A stretch of 64,000 bases of DNA. Source: Octopus vulgaris. Taxonomy: Eukaryota. The stretch spans positions 95,046,001 to 95,110,000 of the forward strand of contig OX597819.1 of assembly GCA_951406725.2 (NCBI GenBank), written 5' to 3'. Positions 13,278 to 26,371 of this stretch are shown here, one piece after another (positions within the stretch are counted from its first letter, which is position 1; every line of letters starts with the position of its first letter). A program made the position numbers and the translations under genes. Under the pieces are notes generated by a model. That model saw nothing but the letters and a program-made list of their open reading frames with translations, was not told the origin of the DNA and did no database searches.

Positions 13278-14274
13278 ATTTATTATATAAAAATTAATTA
13301 CCCCAACTTTCATTGTAAGAATGCAGGAAGAGACCCAGCAGAGATATAATTAATGTAAACATGAATACAAAACAGTTTTCTTTTACTTATTTATTCTTTA
13401 AAAACTTTAACACTAACACTCTTCAAAATATTTAAAAATCACATAAATTTATGGTATATTTTCAAAATTTCAAGAAGTTGAAATACAGCAGCACATTAAA
13501 ACAGACACTTCAAAACAATTTAGAAATTTAAACAATTTAATATAATTTAAACGATTTAAAAATCACGTATGTTGTGTTGTCATAGTAGATGTGATGTTAA
13601 GGTGCTGGACATCAGACACAATCATAAGTTCAAATCTTACAAATGTCAATGGGCATTTGTGACTGCTCCCTTTTTCTTGATTTTAAAAAAAAAAAAGCAC
13701 AGGTACTATTCCTGATTCAGCACTAACTGGTTACTGGTTGAAAGCGCATTCAACTATATAAACAATTAATGGCATCCAACTATATTAATAATTAAAGCAG
13801 ATAAATCACACCACTTATGGAAGAAAAACTTTCATAGCTTGATATGTGGACTTGTATAATGACAACAAACTGAGTAGAAGTATTATGAAATTAGAAAATT
13901 ATTCATCAATTATTTAAGAGTCAACAATTGCTAAGTATTACATTGTGTATATAGCTAAGATACTGACTTTTACAGACTCAATCCACTTTGCTGTGATTTA
14001 TTATACAAGTACCTATTCATAATCTCTACTTACAACAAAAAGTACAAATAGATTAATAATTTACCATAATTTTCTTAATTCTGCCACATCTACATTAAAT
14101 AAAGTAGACACAATTACAAATCAACAAGGAGTCACTGCTAAATGATATAGGTTGTATGACCTACAATAAATGGCAGTCAAATTCTACCTTGGATCATAAC
14201 CCTCTGTGTTAGAAAAGGATGGAGACTTCAGAAAATGTAGTCCTAGAAATTCTCGTTTGGAAAAATAAAATGAC

Positions 14275-14630
14275 ATTCAATTCTGTACCACACACATGAT
14301 TCATGACAAAACTCTCTGCAATGGGTGTGAAAGATGATCTCTATCACTGGTTGAAGTCCCTCATTCTTGGTTGAAAAGAGGTAGTCATGGTTCTAGGACA
14401 TCATTTTTCACTCTATGAGATGGTGTCCATGCATCCATGCTTCCTGAAATTCGCCAACAGTACACCTGTTGCCCACCACCCCACTTGTTTCTTCTTCCTT
14501 TTTTTCTTTTTTAAGACTTATTCCCTGTTCACTTCCTGCGTATATTCTATGTACTGTTCATGCAGTTTTGGTTACTTTTTCTGATGAGTTGTAGTGCACC
14601 TGAGCACTGTATACAATAAGTTCATCATAT
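14275..14630 (+). mobile_element. Probable LINE 3' end (family unassigned)
   Basis: Relatively GC-richer block ending ttgtagtgcacctgagcactgtatacaataa next to (TA)n; recognised only from recall as a LINE tail. Confidence 0.4.
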
Positions 14631-14756
14631 ATATGTATATATATATTGAACAGAATTCATTATAAGTTTGTTAATCAGGATTGATCTAGAGTTATACAAT
14701 ACCACCCTTAAACCATCACTAACACTTTCACACCCCACATTAAACATTACCACATT

Positions 14757-14975
14757 CAAGCGACCAAGAGAAATTCTGCAGAGTTGCTAGTTGCTAGAAC
14801 TAGCAGCCAATTCTCCCTCAGATCACACCCTATTGTTTTCAAAAAAGGATAAGATATTAGATAACACAGTCCTACATATACTATGTCTGAAAAATAATAA
14901 TATAGAAAGGTGACAGTTGAAATATCTTTGAATATAGGTCTGCTCAATCATCAATGACTACAACAACAACAACAG
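14757..14975 (+). mobile_element. Unnamed ~200-bp interspersed repeat with (CAA)n tail (family C), representative copy
   Basis: gctagaactagcagccaattctccctcagatcacaccctattg...ataggtctgctcaatca...acaacaacaac; about 25 related copies in this window. Confidence 0.75.
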
Positions 14976-15469
14976 TAGCAGTGACAACAACAACAATACC
15001 TCTAACCCCATTTTCATCACTCTCAATTTATACTTTACACCCATACATTCAAACTATCAAGAGGATCTCTAAGGCACTACTTGGTTTGTTTGACATCACA
15101 GTTAAATATTCCTCAAGATCAAACTCTACTGTTTTAAAAATGGAAAGACATGCAGATAATGTAGTCCTAGATACAATTATGTGTAGAAAAAAAAAGGACA
15201 GGATGATCATAGCTAGAACATTTTGATAACAGGCCTGCATGATCAGAGATGACCTAGAATCAAACAACAACAATAATAAGAAGATACACACTGTAATAAA
15301 TTAACTGATTTGTTCTCATATTTATACCATTTATCAATTTATAGTACTGGGGTAAATTTTATGCTTCTTACATGATCTTAACTTAAATCTTTTTTTAATG
15401 ATCATAAATAGGATAGTTTTGAGAACAATTTTTGGGGGCAAGGGTTAAACATTTTTCTTTTCTGTTTTT

Positions 15470-16060
15470 AGAGGAGGTGGCACAATGCCTATGTTCAATA
15501 CAAGCTCTCTCAGATTGGTGAGTTCAGTGGAGTTGATGTTCAGCTTGAACTACTGTTGGTGGATGGTTGTAGATCAAGTGTTAGAAAGATAGATATTCAA
15601 GATGACTGCAGTTCTAGGGTAGAAGGATGAAGAAGAAAAACATGTTTAGTGCAAAGTTTGGTGGGTGAAATACAGTAGGCATGTCAAGAGGAGAATCAAA
15701 TGGTATAGAGCTTGCTAGTTTAGAGAAGCTGAAGACATTGTGGTTATGTTACAAGAATCAGAAAGAAGATATTGTTGATTAATAGGTCAGTGGTTATAAT
15801 CATTTGGTGAGTGAGCTTTTGTCAATCAGCTGGGTGATCACATTTTTTAATGTAATAAGATATTTTTGTATATAAAGCGATAACACTATCTCAAATATGG
15901 AAACTACTTCAATGAGAGTCCAGTAACACTGTCCCAGAGATGGGAGATGTACTCTAATGTGGGCATTACTTCAGCTGTGTAACTAGTTGATCAGAGCTGA
16001 AGTATTTTCATACCTTGCAAAGGAAATCATAGTCTTTGAGATGCAATTTTGGCAATCTTA
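15470..16060 (-). mobile_element. CR1/Jockey-type LINE 3' fragment
   Basis: Minus strand gives KIASQRL, KYFSSDQLV and AEVMPTLEYISHLWD (YKAQVRP.LEY.S..W motif), frameshifted. Confidence 0.6.
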
Positions 16061-16460
16061 AAATGTGAGGCCCCCATGAGAAATTGCTAAAAATTAGTGA
16101 GGCTAAATTTAGCTATAGGAACCTCAATACTAATTTAACATCTGTGAAGTTTTATAAATTTTCAGTAAGGTTGGTTGACTGAATCATGTAGAATAATGAA
16201 ACTTACAGATTACAAATGGCAGATTACAAAACTGTAATGTGGGTTTGTGGTTTTGTGCTGTTGTTGCAGTTGTTGTTGTTGTTGTTGCTGCTGTTGTTTC
16301 TCCAACAGAGGTTCAATGTTGCAATTCAAGCTGAAGTGGTAGATTGGCTTCAACTTGAATTAACTTGATATTGAAACTTAGGAAGAACTAGAGCTTGGTA
16401 ACTACGCCTTGGGAAAGTTTGGAAGAGCAATTTGCATTCTATTCATAATATGGTTCCACA

Positions 16461-16686
16461 TTAAACCTTTTGATAGCAAACCACGTGAGATCACCTCTGG
16501 TTCTATGATATGAATTTCTAGATTTAAAATGATCAAAATAAAAACTTTCCATCAAAATTTCATCCTGATATATGTTCCAAGTACCAGCTTAAAATGACCC
16601 AAATAATTTTACTAAATTCAATCTTTTTAAAAGTAATTGTAATAAAGGCAGCATACATTAACACAAATATGGTAACAAAAAGGTAA
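16461..16686 (-). mobile_element. Older piggyBac-type MITE, inverted relative to 16864-17084
   Basis: ttaaaccttttg...caaaaaggtaa ends; internal accagctt and ttttactaaattc are reverse complements of motifs in the neighbouring MITE. Confidence 0.65.
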
Positions 16687-16863
16687 AAAATGCTGCTCCA
16701 TTAGAACCTTTGACTTCATATCTTTTGTTGTTGGTGCTTTAATAGATTTCTGGGTGATAATTAATTTCAGATATCTTGATCAACAATTCCAAGAAAATAT
16801 TACTTATGAGAGACCTGTATACTAACCAGGAGAAGAAAAATAATCACTGTTCCATTTGCTTAA

Positions 16864-17084
16864 CCCTTTCATTACTGTATTTATTTTAAGATGCTCTGTG
16901 TTTCTTTCAATTACTTTAAATACAACAAAGAATTTAGTAAAATAACTTGGTTATCATTAAGCTAGTGTTAGGAACATAAATTGTGACTAAGGTTTGGTGG
17001 AAGATTTTGATTCAAAACTTTTGAAAACAAGACATTTGTACTACAGAGCCAGAGCCGGTTTCAGCCAGGTTGGTTTCGAAAGGG
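16864..17084 (+). mobile_element. piggyBac-type MITE
   Basis: TTAA on both sides (16860-16863, 17085-17088); terminal inverted repeats CCCTTTC...GAAAGGG. Confidence 0.88.
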
Positions 17085-18654
17085 TTAAGCAACAAAGACC
17101 AGATCTAAATACTAGGCTTAAGACACCATAACTTGTGGGAACATTTAGTATGATAAATATAGGATCAATAATCCTGCCTGTCAACACCTGTCATTAGTAA
17201 TTAGTCATCTGGTCAAAATGTAATTATAATCCCCATCAGCAAAAGCCACTTTTGCCAACTGTAGAAACAACCTCCCCAGCATATCCTTTTAACCTAAAGC
17301 AGAATTCTAATTAGAAAACATACAAAGACCAAAGTTTATTTCACAGGATTTAAAAAAACTATTGGATGAAATGTTGTCAAAGCCAATATGTTGTTGATTT
17401 AAAACCAATTAACACAAACTATTTAATGAAAACGGAAATGACAGGTTTTTGATAACAAGTTGGTCAATGGAATAGTTATTGTACACAGACTAAATTTTAA
17501 TTAACTCACAGAGAATGAATCTGCTCAAATACAAAACAAATTTGACTTTGATTAGAGACAACTGTGAGGAAGAATAGAGGTGGGAACAACATACAGTAGT
17601 GGCAGCAGAGTGTTACTACATGTACACCTTAAGCAATAAATTATACCTAAATGTGCATTGTGAAGTCTGTAGTAAAATATACAGCTTTACACATTTGAAC
17701 AGAAACAAGAGAAGCAGAAAAGCCTAACAATGAAATAAAAATAAAGACTGAGACCACACAATTTATTTGAAATAGCAGCCATATCTCCCACAAATAATGC
17801 CCTACGATCTTAAAAAGAAAGGACTCATTTACTAATGCATTCCAATACTCCAGTAAGAGATTGGCTGGTTATAGTTGTAAAGCCTTTGATCACATGTCTG
17901 CTCAATGGGTGGTTGACCTGAGCTAAATAACAACACTTAGTTCTATACTTGGGCAAGTTACATTCTTTCTAAATACTTCCATATGACAACACTTAACAGA
18001 CTCCATGGAGAACAGAACCAAAGAATGTCTCACATACACCTTGCAACTGGAAAATGAGGTACCAGTCAAATTTCCTTTCCTTTTTTTATGTTGGTCTGAA
18101 GAAAAGGGCTGTGCACATCACCTTTTAAGACCATGCAGAGACACTGACATGGTTAATGTTCCTCTTGAGCAACTTCAAGTTGCCAGTTGTGTGTGTGTGT
18201 GTGTGGGGGGGGGGGGGAAGAGTTGCCAGTTGTGTGTGTGTGTGTATGGGGGGGGGGGAGAATTCCAAAGAACTGAAATTCTGGGGAGGATAGTTACAAG
18301 TATACCAGTATCAACCAGATTATTAAAGCACTGATGAAGAAAACAATGGTGTTTCATGTCCTTGACCTTAAAACTTCAACAAGACTCCACACACATCCAT
18401 GTTATTCTGTTTATATTCAGTGAAAGTGTCAGTAACAAGGCATTGATTTCAACTGTTTGCATTTCTCATCAGAAAGAGATGTGGAAGAAGAAAGTGATGG
18501 AAGAGAATAAAAAAAGAGAGAAAGAAGTAAAAAAAAAAAAATGAATGTGTTCTGAAGAAAAGTTTTGCAAGACAGAAATTAATCCAGATATATGATGACA
18601 TAAGGAAAACCACTCAGCTGAAACGTTTCAAAAGACAAAACAAAACTGGAAAAG

Positions 18655-18912
18655 ATAAATAATAATAATAATGATGATAATGATGATGATGATGATGATG
18701 ATGATGGTGATGGTGATGATGATGATGATGATGATGATTTCAAAACCTGGCAAGAAAGTAGAAGTAACTATAAAAGATGTAAAGAAACTGATGAAGATGA
18801 TGGCAGCAGTAGGGAGTAATAATGATAATGTGATTACAGTGATAGTAATTATGATGGTGATTGTAACGATTATGGTGACGTTTATGATGATAACAATGAT
18901 GATGATGATGTA
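18655..18912. repeat. (AAT)/(ATG)n microsatellite block
   Basis: gatgatgat runs giving spurious poly-M/I/H ORFs. Confidence 0.9.
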
Positions 18913-19059
18913 GACACAATGCCAAATGTTGAAGCAGGAGAGGTAATCAATTGTAGGTACCATGTAGTTTGTAATCTAAATTTAGTTTACTGATGCTGGA
19001 GAACTGTAAGACAAGAAGACAAGAAATATATAATATAAATATGCAAATAATAATAGGCT

Positions 19060-20460
19060 CTTAGCTTGGCACAAGTCCAAATATAGCAGTGGAAGGGGTA
19101 TCATCAATTAAATTAACTTTATATTATGAGTACATTACAGGTACTTGTTTTTTTATCCAAGCCAAAGGGATAAAGATGACCAATAGTTGTATCAAAACTC
19201 AGAATATACAAAGACAAAATTATACACTACACATACTTAAATCTACTTGTTCTATTCTTAACTAAATCACCTTAGAAAAGGAGTATAATTAACTGAATCA
19301 ACTGCAGTATATTACAGGTATTAATTTTTTATCCAAAAACAATGGATGACAAATATAGGTGAGTCAAGTAGTACTAAAACCATAGGGGTCAAAATTAAAC
19401 AAATATTTTGTTCAATAATCTACTATTTTTGTGAACTCACTCTTTTGATAAACAAGAAGTCATTTCAGTCAACTCTGAAACATTTTATTGACCATAGGGA
19501 AATGAATAGCAAAACTCATGCCAAGTAGGACAATGGATCAAACAGGATAACTGAAATATCAATATTCTATGATTTGTTTTTTACAAACAATAATAACTGT
19601 TCCTAATATATGCAAAACCCTGAAATTTTTGGAGAGGGCAACAGTTGATTATATCAACCCCAGTACTTGACTGCTACTTTATTCTATTGACTCTGGAGGG
19701 ATGAAAGGCAAAGTTGAACTTGGCAGTATTTGAACTCAGAATGGTTAAAGAACCAGAAGAAATACTGTAAGACATTTTATCTGACACTCTAATGATTCTC
19801 CCAGTCAAGTGTTCTCTTTAATGATAATTACTATTTCTAATAAGTGCACAAGGCCAACAATGTTGGTGGCAAATAGTCAAAGTGATTTTAGTACTTGACT
19901 GGTATTTTTTGGATTGATGAATAACAAAGGTGGCCTCAATGTATGTAAAAAACCAGAACAAATATTGCAAGGTATTTTCTCCAAAACTAACAATTCAGCC
20001 AATCCACCACCTTAATAATAAATAATAATGATAATAATGATGATGATGATAATCCTTTCTGCTATAGGCACAAGGCCTACAATTTTGGGGGAGGGGACTA
20101 ATTGATTACATCAGCCCCAGTGTTTCATTGATACTTAATTTATTGACCACAAAAGGATGAAAGGTAAAGTCAACCTCGGCAGAATTTGAACACAATGTAA
20201 TGACGGACAAAATACCAGTAAGCATTCTGCCAGCTTGCCGCCTTAATAATGATGGTGATGATGATGATAATGGTTTCAAATTTTGCTATAAGGGCAGCCA
20301 TTTTGGGGGAGGGGATAAGTCGATTACATCAACCCCAGTATTTCACAGGTACTTAATTTATCGATCCTGAAAGGATGAAAGGCCAAGACGACTTCAGTGG
20401 AATTTGAACTCAGAATGTAGTGACGGCTAAGTATTTCATCCAGCATGCTAATCGTTCAGC
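19060..20460 (-). mobile_element. Head-to-tail cluster of tRNA-derived SINEs with a Meta-domain-like centre (family B)
   Basis: Clear copies at ~19597-19820, 19832-20012, 20052-20243 and 20270-20460 (ggtacttaatttatcga..gaaaggatgaaagg..gaatttgaactcagaa), plus about 3 decayed copies at 19060-19580. Confidence 0.8.
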
Positions 20461-20660
20461 CCAAGGCGTGGTTACCAAGCTCTAGTTCTTCCTCATAAGT
20501 TTCAGTATCAAGTTAATTCAAGTTGAAGCCAATCTACCAATTCAGCTTGAATTGCAACATTGAACCTCTGTTGGAGAAACAACAGCAGCAACAGCAACAA
20601 CAACTGCAACAACAGCACAAAACCACAAACCCACATTACAGTTTTGTAATCTGCCATTTG
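20460..20660 (-). repeat. Inverted duplication of 16213-16413
   Basis: Reverse complement aligns end to end with about 4 substitutions and two 3-bp indels. Confidence 0.93.
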
Positions 20661-20760
20661 CCTTAATAAATAATAATAATAATAAAGTCACAAATACAAA
20701 TATAACATACAGTCTTAAAAATATATATATAACATAAACTTACAAATATAAATAATATAC

Positions 20761-20930
20761 CAACTTATAAATAAATATAACATACAGAAAATAGCTGTAC
20801 TAGGCACTGCATGCATCCTATGCAAAGCACTTTCAATACAGTAAAAATAAAAACACTGAAAGAAACCACAGCTCATACCCAAGGCACACGAGTTGTGTTT
20901 GGTAGTGTAGTGAAAGCATATAGTAATACT
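20761..20930 (+). mobile_element. Dong/R4-clade non-LTR retrotransposon 3' end
   Basis: 20761-20844 translates QLINKYNIQKIAVLGTACILCKALSIQ*, like the R4/Dong C-terminus (QK..LLGTA.ILRK.L); lies among (AAT)n. Confidence 0.72.
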
Positions 20931-20955
20931 GCTAGTATGTGCTGCTCTCTCACTC

Positions 20956-20990
<35 letters not shown>

Positions 20991-21013
20991 TAATAATGAT
21001 AATAATAATAATA

Positions 21014-21314
21014 GCTGACTGGCCAGTGCTGGTGCCACATAAAAAGCACCTAGCCCACTCAGTAAAGTGGTTGGCATTAGGATGGACACCCAGCCATGAA
21101 AACCAAGCCAAAACAGACCTTGCTGGTGCTGGTGCCATGTAAAAAGCACCTAGTGTACTCTGTAAAGTGGTTGGCATTAGGAAGGGCATCTAGCTATAAA
21201 AACCATGCCAAAACAGACAGCAGAGCTTCATGAAGTCCTCTGGCTTGCCAGCTCTTGTCAAACCATCCAACCTATGCCAGCATGGAAGACAAGCATTAAA
21301 TGATGATGATGATG
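21014..21314 (+). mobile_element. RTE-related 3' UTR/tail element
   Basis: Duplicated ggtgccacataaaaagcacc..gtggttggcattagga unit; ends ccagcatggaagac..ttaaatgatgatgat. Confidence 0.75.
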
Positions 21315-21429
21315 AATACTGCAATAATAATAATAATGATGATAATAATAATCCTTTCTTTTATTGTTAAAAGGGGCAATAGGTATGGGAGGGTTGCTAG
21401 ATCAATTGCAAAAAAATAGTGAATTGAAT

Positions 21430-22560
21430 GTGGTAATGTTTAATATGGAGTGTGAAGTTTCATCCTAAGTCTTGATATTGATGAATGTCGATCCAACTCC
21501 ATTTTGTTTCTAAATTTAGCTTGGTGAAAGTTAATAATGAACACAGTCTTTCAACAATGACATTTCATAATGGCATGGCGTAAACAGTCATTCATATCTG
21601 ACAACTCAAGTTCATCAGCTGCATTTTTAGATGTTGCAGCTTTATAAAATTTCTGATTTGTCAATAGGAATTTCTTCAGGAATTATACCTTTTGCATTTA
21701 AGTATTAGTAGTTTGCATCATGGTTTCTCTATTTTTCCAATTTTAGACTGATCAGTCAAAACTAAAGATGGATAAGTATAACTGAAACAGACTCTTGAGG
21801 AGCAATTTTTAAGCTTTTGAAAAATTTCAATATTTCTAGCAACAAAGTTAATGACTGTTTCAAAAAGATGAGGCATTGTTTTGTAGAGTTGCCATGTTCT
21901 TGAAAAATTTTGTCTTGATGACTGGCAAAAGGTTACAGAACTCATATCTAATAAGTTAGATGGTTACACAGGAGATGTTGTGAATCAATGTCTAAATTTG
22001 TTTCAGATTCACATATTGATAATACAAAATTCTAGTAAGCATAGATAATGCGATAAGACATTTCTTTTTGAAAAAAACAAAAAAACAAATATTAAATTTT
22101 CATTTTCATTTACCACAGGTCTCATAGATGTTAGATAAAATATATTAGTTGCAACTGAGTATAGAGGATGTAATTTCCTTGCATAACACAAGTCACAACT
22201 AGAAGAGACCATTTGAAAATGTCATTTAAATAGCCATGGATTTTTTTTACAGTTATTTCTCATTAACTATCTTGAACCTCAAATGGAAATCATTTACAAT
22301 GGTTTCTCATCAATAATTAATATATGTATTTCGATATAAGATTCTCATCACAGCACTGATTTGTGGAACCAATTGTAAGTTTCTCTTAACAGATAGTCAG
22401 TATTATAAGATAATTTTTTTATAATTTCATGCTAAATGGAGAGATCGACAAATGCCCTTTATAAGAATGAAGCTGGGATTATCTTAATTTCATTAATGTG
22501 TTGAGACAACTATTCATGCCACATGAGGTGAAGCTTTTAATGGTGGAGCCACAAAGTTTG
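21430..22560 (-). pseudogene. hAT transposase fossil
   Basis: Minus strand, frameshifted: NPSFILIKGICRSLHLA (CxxH motif, ~22430-22480), DYLLRETYNWFHKS (~22360-22400), NVIVERLCSLLTFTK..RNKM (dimerisation motif, ~21500-21565). Confidence 0.72.
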
Positions 22561-23567
22561 GTTTGAAAATGAATATCAGGGAAGACTGAATGAAATTCCT
22601 GTCAATCAAGTCCTGACTCTAAACAACACAACTTGAGCCAATCAGATAGTCAGAATTGGCACAAGGCAAGACACTCTATTTTATCTGGGCAGTGTAATCA
22701 GTAATAGTGACAAGCACAGTGACAAAAATTGCACAATGAGCAAGGTCAATTCAACATTGCAAGATGAGAAAGCAGCAGTAGAATAAAAAAAACACACACT
22801 CTTTCAAATAAAGTGAAAAGTAAACCAAGTAATAATATCATCCACGCTATTATACAGACTGAACAATGAATGCAGAACATATATCTACTTGTAGATGCAG
22901 ACCCAAAAGACACAGAAAAGAGAAGGAAGTGAACTTATGTCATTTTGACATAGTGCTTTAACAGCTATAATACAGGCAAGTGGGGGGCCTCAAAACTTGA
23001 TATATTAGACACACTAGTTGTTTGTTTCATTCCCTATTCTAAGAACCCTGACTAATCAAGTTTTCTGACTAAAAACAAAATAGTGCAAATTGAGGTGATA
23101 AAACAAATGAGATTTAAACCACCAGTAAAATTGTTTCAGTCTGATCAAGTAGAAATATTATCATCAAAATCTAGGATTACATCATTCAAGCTATCCCTCC
23201 ATTTTCACGGGAGTGGTTTCAATTAGATATGGCTGCAGTTTCTAGTAGATGGAGTAACCACACAGAGACTTCCACTACTTCATAGCAAACTCTTTTGTGT
23301 GCCCTAAAGAAAGTTAAATTTCAGATGAGGGATTTTTCTGTGAAGGAAAAAGCAAAGAACCGAAGTTTGTCGCATAGTTCCCAGTGAAAATGAGTGACAC
23401 ATACGATCACTAATAGCTTCCTTGAACTCTAATACATTTTTTCTCAACAGTGTAAGTAATTGGACTAGTTTAGCTTCAGTTAACAAATCTATTGGAAAAG
23501 TATCTACAACTACCTAAAACTATGTCATTTAGAGATAGACAGAAAAAAAAAATAATACATACATGCA

Positions 23568-23613
<46 letters not shown>

Positions 23614-25302
23614 AGAAAACCTTGAAATATGTGATGATAAACGAGTTAAACTCACACTATAAAAGATATGAGAACAAGATCAAAACGCTCTTCCAATAAA
23701 AAGCATCAACAAAAATTATACTAATTGCTGCTTTTCTTTCTTTGGTGTGCATACGTGTGGTGGCAGTACAGTTACAGAAGGCATGTAAATATGTATGTAG
23801 ATGTGAATGTATGTTGGATTTATTTATGGTAAGATGTGTATGAGTTTATGCATATATGAGTGTGTATTTAAGTTTGATTATACATATATATGAACAGTGT
23901 GTATCTGTGAGAGAGAGAAAGAGAGGGGAGAAGAGAGAGAGAGAGAGAGAATGTGTGTGTTTAGTTTTGAGAATAAAACTCCATAAAAACATTTTTTTAA
24001 ATATAGACATTTAAGTTTTTATATTGTTTTTGTTTCTTTGTTTCTTTTTGTGCGTCTTTTTTTTTTTTTGTTTTTATGCTTATGTTGAGAGAAACATTTA
24101 GAATTAACATGAAATTTTGTTGAACTTTGCAATAATCTATAGTTGAACATCATTATCTAAAATCAGAGAAATGGGGAGAGGGAGAGGAAGAAAGAGAGGA
24201 GACAGTTAGTAGAAGAATACCATCAGCTACCTAGTAGACTGTCAACTCTTCCTTAGTCTGCTTATGGCAAACTAAATTTTTATTGAAAATAAAGATCAAT
24301 TTTATCATTATTGGCACCAATGATATTTGCTATGTCATTATGCCACAGTACTCATCCCCAGCTTTGCAGTCTTTATCGAGACTGTACATGATTTATATGT
24401 ACAGTCGTTCCAATAAGCTTTCACTTGACACAATGTTTCTTCTGTCAAACAATCTTCACTAACACGGCTTGTACTGAGCTGAGGCGAAGGCAGAAGACAG
24501 TCACTCAAAATATCATGCAATGGTGGGATTAAACCAACAACTTCGTGTGTGTGAAGTGAACTTCTTCACCATTTGGCTATGCCTGCACAGCTTACAACAA
24601 ACTCATTCTATCTCCGACACTAATAAATTTCAAGTGCAGCTGCTTCACACTATCTCTCTTACAAGTAACAGTAGAATCTTCATACACAAATGATAATAAA
24701 CTGACCAGCAAAACAAGATCAAGGACTACTTCTTTCTCACTACATCTTTACATAAGAGATTTTGTATGTGGTTGATCAAGCTGGAAGAAATAATAGCCAA
24801 ATCTTCCTCAAAATCATACTTTACCTTCTTAGAAAAGGGACACACTAGATAATGTCATCTTTGACATAGCCAAATCTCCCTCAAATTACATCCTACTTTT
24901 TTTTTAAAAAAAAAGAAGGAAACATTGAATAATGTAGGCTTAAATAAATCATGTTTGGGGAAAAAATATAACATGGTTACAGATGGAACATCTACTAAAT
25001 GTCTTATTACTTTGTGTTCATATCAAATGTTTCTATTTTTATGCAACAATGTGCAATTTTTTTGTCATTGGATTATTTTATTTTGTGTTATTTCTCAAAT
25101 TGTCCAAATAAAGAAGGGAACCCAGTAACAACAAATTAGCAAATAATTCATAGTTTGAAATGTTCTATAGTCACAGAATGAGAAGTCTACATTATGTCCC
25201 CATTTCTCTTTGGGTTTTTTTTTCCATTGTAAGTCTACTTGTAAGTCTACACAGCTGACCAGGAGGTCAAACCAACAAATGATTGGACTGAACAGGACCA
25301 CA

Positions 25303-25412
25303 CTAACCAATCAACCAACCAAGTGACTGACCAACCAACCAAGTGACTGACCAACCAACCAAGTGACTGACCAACCAACCACCCAACAGACTGACCAACC
25401 AACAAACCAATC
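25303..25412. repeat. 20-bp tandem repeat CCAACCAACCAAGTGACTGA, about 4-5 copies
   Basis: Three near-perfect consecutive units plus decayed flanking units. Confidence 0.85.
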
Positions 25413-26336
25413 AAATGCTGACAGGTACTCTTAGATCTGACAGAAGTATGACATACCTGAACTTTGAAATTTTTGAGTTCCTACTGACTGATTGATCACA
25501 CAGCAGGCCCAGTCCACTCAAGAATAACAATGATATAGCTAATTAAAAGATTGTCTGCTATTTATTTGTACCCACATTGCATTTCCCTTTCCTAATCATT
25601 ATAGGGTCAGTGCTCTCAAGGCTTAACTCAACATTGAGTGCCCTTCCACTACATTTTTTAACTCTGCCAAAAAGAAACATTTCCCATTGAATTATTGTTA
25701 TTTTCTTTGGTTTGTTTTACAATATTAACATATCAGGTATTTAAAAAAAAACAATAGCATCATATATTGGTTATAGGTTTCTAGTGGATCAATCACAGGT
25801 TCACTGGATTTCTGGTAATGTGAGTGACAAGTAGGGATGTGTGTGCAACTGAGAATAAATTCAACAAGGTTTTGTTTTATACAGTGACAAATTAGTAATT
25901 TTCTTGCTGATGCATGCACACACACACACACACACACACATGTATATAATAGGCTTCCACGTAATTTCTGTTAACTAAATTACATTCACAAGGGCCACAG
26001 GCATGACTGTGTGGCTGAACAGTTCACTCTACGACCATAAGTATCTTCTACCATTATCTTGGGTTGACCAACATCTTGTGAATGGAATTTGGTAGATGGA
26101 AACTGTGTAGACATTCATCAAGTGTGCGTGTGTGTATCTTTCACTACTGTATATTGGTGAAAGATATAAACATTGGAGAGAAAACTGAAAAACAAAGGCT
26201 TTAGGAACAAGTTTCCTAGAAATATGCCAAATTACAAAGTATTCCCTTACACTCATGCCATCAGATATAGAGAACCAGCGACTGGCCTCAGTTAGAGAAC
26301 TGTAAACAAAAAGTGTTTGTTTACCAACTGCAATAA

Positions 26337-26371
<35 letters not shown>

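Noticed and set aside
16201-16235. Minus-strand microexon (ttacag...gtaagt)
   Set aside because: Poor polypyrimidine tract, and the segment is a short local duplication (tttgtaatctg twice)
18628-18963. Poly-Met/Ile/His ORFs
   Set aside because: Translations of (ATG)n/(AAT)n microsatellites
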